Part shown: positions 25,079 to 27,214 of the stretch, one piece after another
Numbering within the stretch: position 1 is the first letter of the stretch
How the letters are laid out: each line of letters opens with the position of its first letter
Source: a virus
Lineage: Duplodnaviria > Caudoviricetes
IMG/VR virus record: IMGVR_UViG_3300025652_000424
Location: 1-27,214 of that record
DNA: 27,214 bases
Reading direction: 5' to 3' (one strand)
Notes under the pieces: model-generated
Told to the model about the DNA's origin: nothing
Databases searched by the model: none
Seen by the model: the letters and a program-made list of their open reading frames with translations, nothing else
Program-made: the position numbers and the translations under genes

Positions 25079-26743
25079 ATGAACTGGACGCCACATCCTG
25101 TATACCCTATTCCAAATAGGGAAGAAGCTCAGGCAATGGCTGCCGAGGGAGCTCTCGAGGACTTTTACCTGAAGAGGGAGGAGCTGATCAATCTCGAGAA
25201 GAACGATCCCTTCAATTACGGCTCTGACTGGCACAATACCAAAGGGCTGTTCACCCACTGGAAAGACGCTGACAAGGCTCTGGAAGACCCGAAGATAGAC
25301 ATAGTCTATATTTTTGGGGGAAACAGGGGAGGTAAGAGCAGGTATATGGCCTCGAGAGTAGTCAGGACTCTGGCCAACAAGGCTAGGTCTGCGGTCTGGT
25401 GCTGTCACTCTACGCATGACTCTTCCGTGCAGGTTCAGCAGCCTTACGTGCATGAGTATTTACCTGTGCCGTGGAAGGAGCAGAGGAAAGGGCAGAGGGC
25501 CGTGGTGAACATAGGCTTCTCCCAGAAGAACGGTTTCAGTAATAAGACTTTCGTGGCCCCGAACGGGAGCCAGTGCTGGTTTAAGAATTACTCTCAGGAA
25601 CTTTCAGCGATGGAGGGAACTGAGCTTGATTTGATTTGGTGCGACGAGTTAGTCCCGCTGGCGTGGATCCAGACTCTCAAATACCGCCTCATCTCGCGTA
25701 AAGGCAAGCTAGTCGTAACTTTTACACCAATCGAGGGATTCACAAGCACGGTCAAGGATGCAATGGACGGTGCTATTATCGAAGAGACTCGGGACGCAAA
25801 GCTTATAGGCAAAGATGACAACCCTATTGACGGAGTGCCTCGAGGTCATATGCCATACACCGCGAGGACTAGAAGTGGGACTGGAAAGCTGTTCTGGTTT
25901 TTCAGTGAGTGGAATCCCTACAGCCCGTTTGAGAGAATGGAGCAGACGCTGCAGGGTAGGACTAGGGAAGAGAGAGAGATTAGGGCCTACGGGTATGTCA
26001 GTAATCCTGTTGTTGGCAAGTTTCCGAGGTTTACAGACAGGAATATTTGCAGGAAAGACCAGATACCTAAGGACGGCACTAATTATATGGTGGTGGATCC
26101 TACACCCGGCGACCGTAACTGGTATATGCTCTGGGCTAAGGTGGACGATCTAGGCAGGATCTTTGTCTACAGAGACTGGCCCGATATGGCCAACTACGGA
26201 GAATGGGCGGTAGCAAGCGAGAAGCTTGACGGCAAGAAAGGCCCCGCACAGACTGCTGACTGTGGCAGGAATATCATCCAGTATAAGCAGCTCATAAGAG
26301 AGCTGGAAGCCACTGACGGTGGTATACATGAGCGATACATAGATCCTAGAGCGGGAAGAACAGCTATTGTAAGCCAACGAGAGCATAACCAGAACCTGAT
26401 TGACCTTCTTGCAAATCCCGACAGGGGAGCTGGGGGAGAGATCACAAAGGAAGGGCTCTTGTTCGTGCCTTCAGCGATGGCACACATTGATGAGAGCTGT
26501 GCATTGGTAAACAATTTGTTTGCCTATGACATGAGCCGGGAAGTCAGCATTCTGAACGAACCTAAGCTGTATGTATCAGAGGAGTGCCAGAATTTAATTT
26601 ACAGCCTAAAAACGTGGACAGGTAACGATGGCGATAAAGGAGCGAGCAAGGATCCAGTAGATGCTTTGAGGTATCTTATTCTGATGGATCCGATTTATGT
26701 TTCGAGGCAGACAAATTATTCAACTGAAAGTTTAAGCTATTAA
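25079..26743 (+). CDS. terL: Terminase large subunit
   Basis: Walker A GGNRGGKS, Walker B LIWCDE, coupling motif VTFTP, and RNase H-like nuclease residues VVDP, YIDP and DPVDALRY. Confidence 0.93.
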   Translation: MNWTPHPVYPIPNREEAQAMAAEGALEDFYLKREELINLEKNDPFNYGSDWHNTKGLFTHWKDADKALEDPKIDIVYIFGGNRGGKSRYMASRVVRTLANKARSAVWCCHSTHDSSVQVQQPYVHEYLPVPWKEQRKGQRAVVNIGFSQKNGFSNKTFVAPNGSQCWFKNYSQELSAMEGTELDLIWCDELVPLAWIQTLKYRLISRKGKLVVTFTPIEGFTSTVKDAMDGAIIEETRDAKLIGKDDNPIDGVPRGHMPYTARTRSGTGKLFWFFSEWNPYSPFERMEQTLQGRTREEREIRAYGYVSNPVVGKFPRFTDRNICRKDQIPKDGTNYMVVDPTPGDRNWYMLWAKVDDLGRIFVYRDWPDMANYGEWAVASEKLDGKKGPAQTADCGRNIIQYKQLIRELEATDGGIHERYIDPRAGRTAIVSQREHNQNLIDLLANPDRGAGGEITKEGLLFVPSAMAHIDESCALVNNLFAYDMSREVSILNEPKLYVSEECQNLIYSLKTWTGNDGDKGASKDPVDALRYLILMDPIYVSRQTNYSTESLSY

Positions 26744-27214
26744 TGAACACCATCGATGACCAATTACAGGCCAATACTGACCCTAATATAAATCAGCTCT
26801 GCACAGAATACCGCAGGGCTTACTCAGATGAACGCATGACCTACAGGGTTAGGGAGTCTGATGAGACCCGGTTCGCTACGTGGAACGGCCAGAGCCGAGA
26901 CGGGAAAAAACACGCAAAAGATCTGGGCAGGCAACCATTCCCGTGGGAGGGAGCAAGTGACACCAGAATACGGCTGGCAGACGAGGTCTGCAGCTTTATG
27001 GTAAACCTGTCAACCTCTGCCATTGGCAGGGCCGCACTTAATGTAGCGGGAGTAGAGGCATCAGACCATAAGGCGGCATCTGCCGTGGCCCTCTACCTGA
27101 GATGGCAGCTATCAACTTTAATGCAGCCGGGTTGGGAAGAGGAGCTTGAGCTGCATGCAGAATACGCGGCGCAGTATGGTTGGAGCGTTCTTCACGTAAT
27201 CTGGGATCGTTGCT
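26743..27214 (+). CDS. Portal protein, N-terminal part (runs off window end); not in the ORF track
   Basis: TAATG-coupled to terL; open to the end of the window: MNTIDDQLQ...QPFPWEGASDTRIRLADE...YGWSVLHVIW. The PWxGAS and G..V..V.W motifs fit podovirus-type portals. Confidence 0.8.
   Translation, partial: MNTIDDQLQANTDPNINQLCTEYRRAYSDERMTYRVRESDETRFATWNGQSRDGKKHAKDLGRQPFPWEGASDTRIRLADEVCSFMVNLSTSAIGRAALNVAGVEASDHKAASAVALYLRWQLSTLMQPGWEEELELHAEYAAQYGWSVLHVIWDRC

Overview
The window is a contiguous stretch of a tailed dsDNA bacteriophage genome with a podovirus-like (P22-type) layout. It opens inside the virion module: a partial tail-associated gene, a tiny Lys-rich protein, holin-like and lipoprotein/spanin-like membrane genes, a GT-B glycosyltransferase, a tail nozzle-like protein and two fibre/appendage proteins. 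A DDxxD isoprenoid-synthase-like protein, two ejection-type proteins and a 2281-aa polyvalent internal protein follow. Next is an AT-rich reverse-strand cassette (two GT-A glycosyltransferases and a hexapeptide acyltransferase) with its own promoter and terminator. A compact early/replication region follows (HTH protein, resolvase, SSB-like protein, RecE-like nuclease, initiator with four palindromic iterons, DnaB, dNMP kinase, PD-(D/E)xK nuclease). The window ends with packaging genes (TerS-like, TerL, partial portal). I saw no integrase, repressor, DNA polymerase, tRNA or CRISPR array. The most notable signals are: (1) the giant injected protein is a string of effector modules (three ART-like, one methyltransferase, one unknown) each delimited by a recurring [R/K]FSP motif, downstream of an HExxH metallopeptidase; (2) the DDxxD protein overlaps an ejection gene that ends in a Cys/Trp-rich CFI-box-like domain; (3) I found no CCWGG site in 27 kb by manual scan. 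All family assignments come from motif recognition by eye, not database searches.
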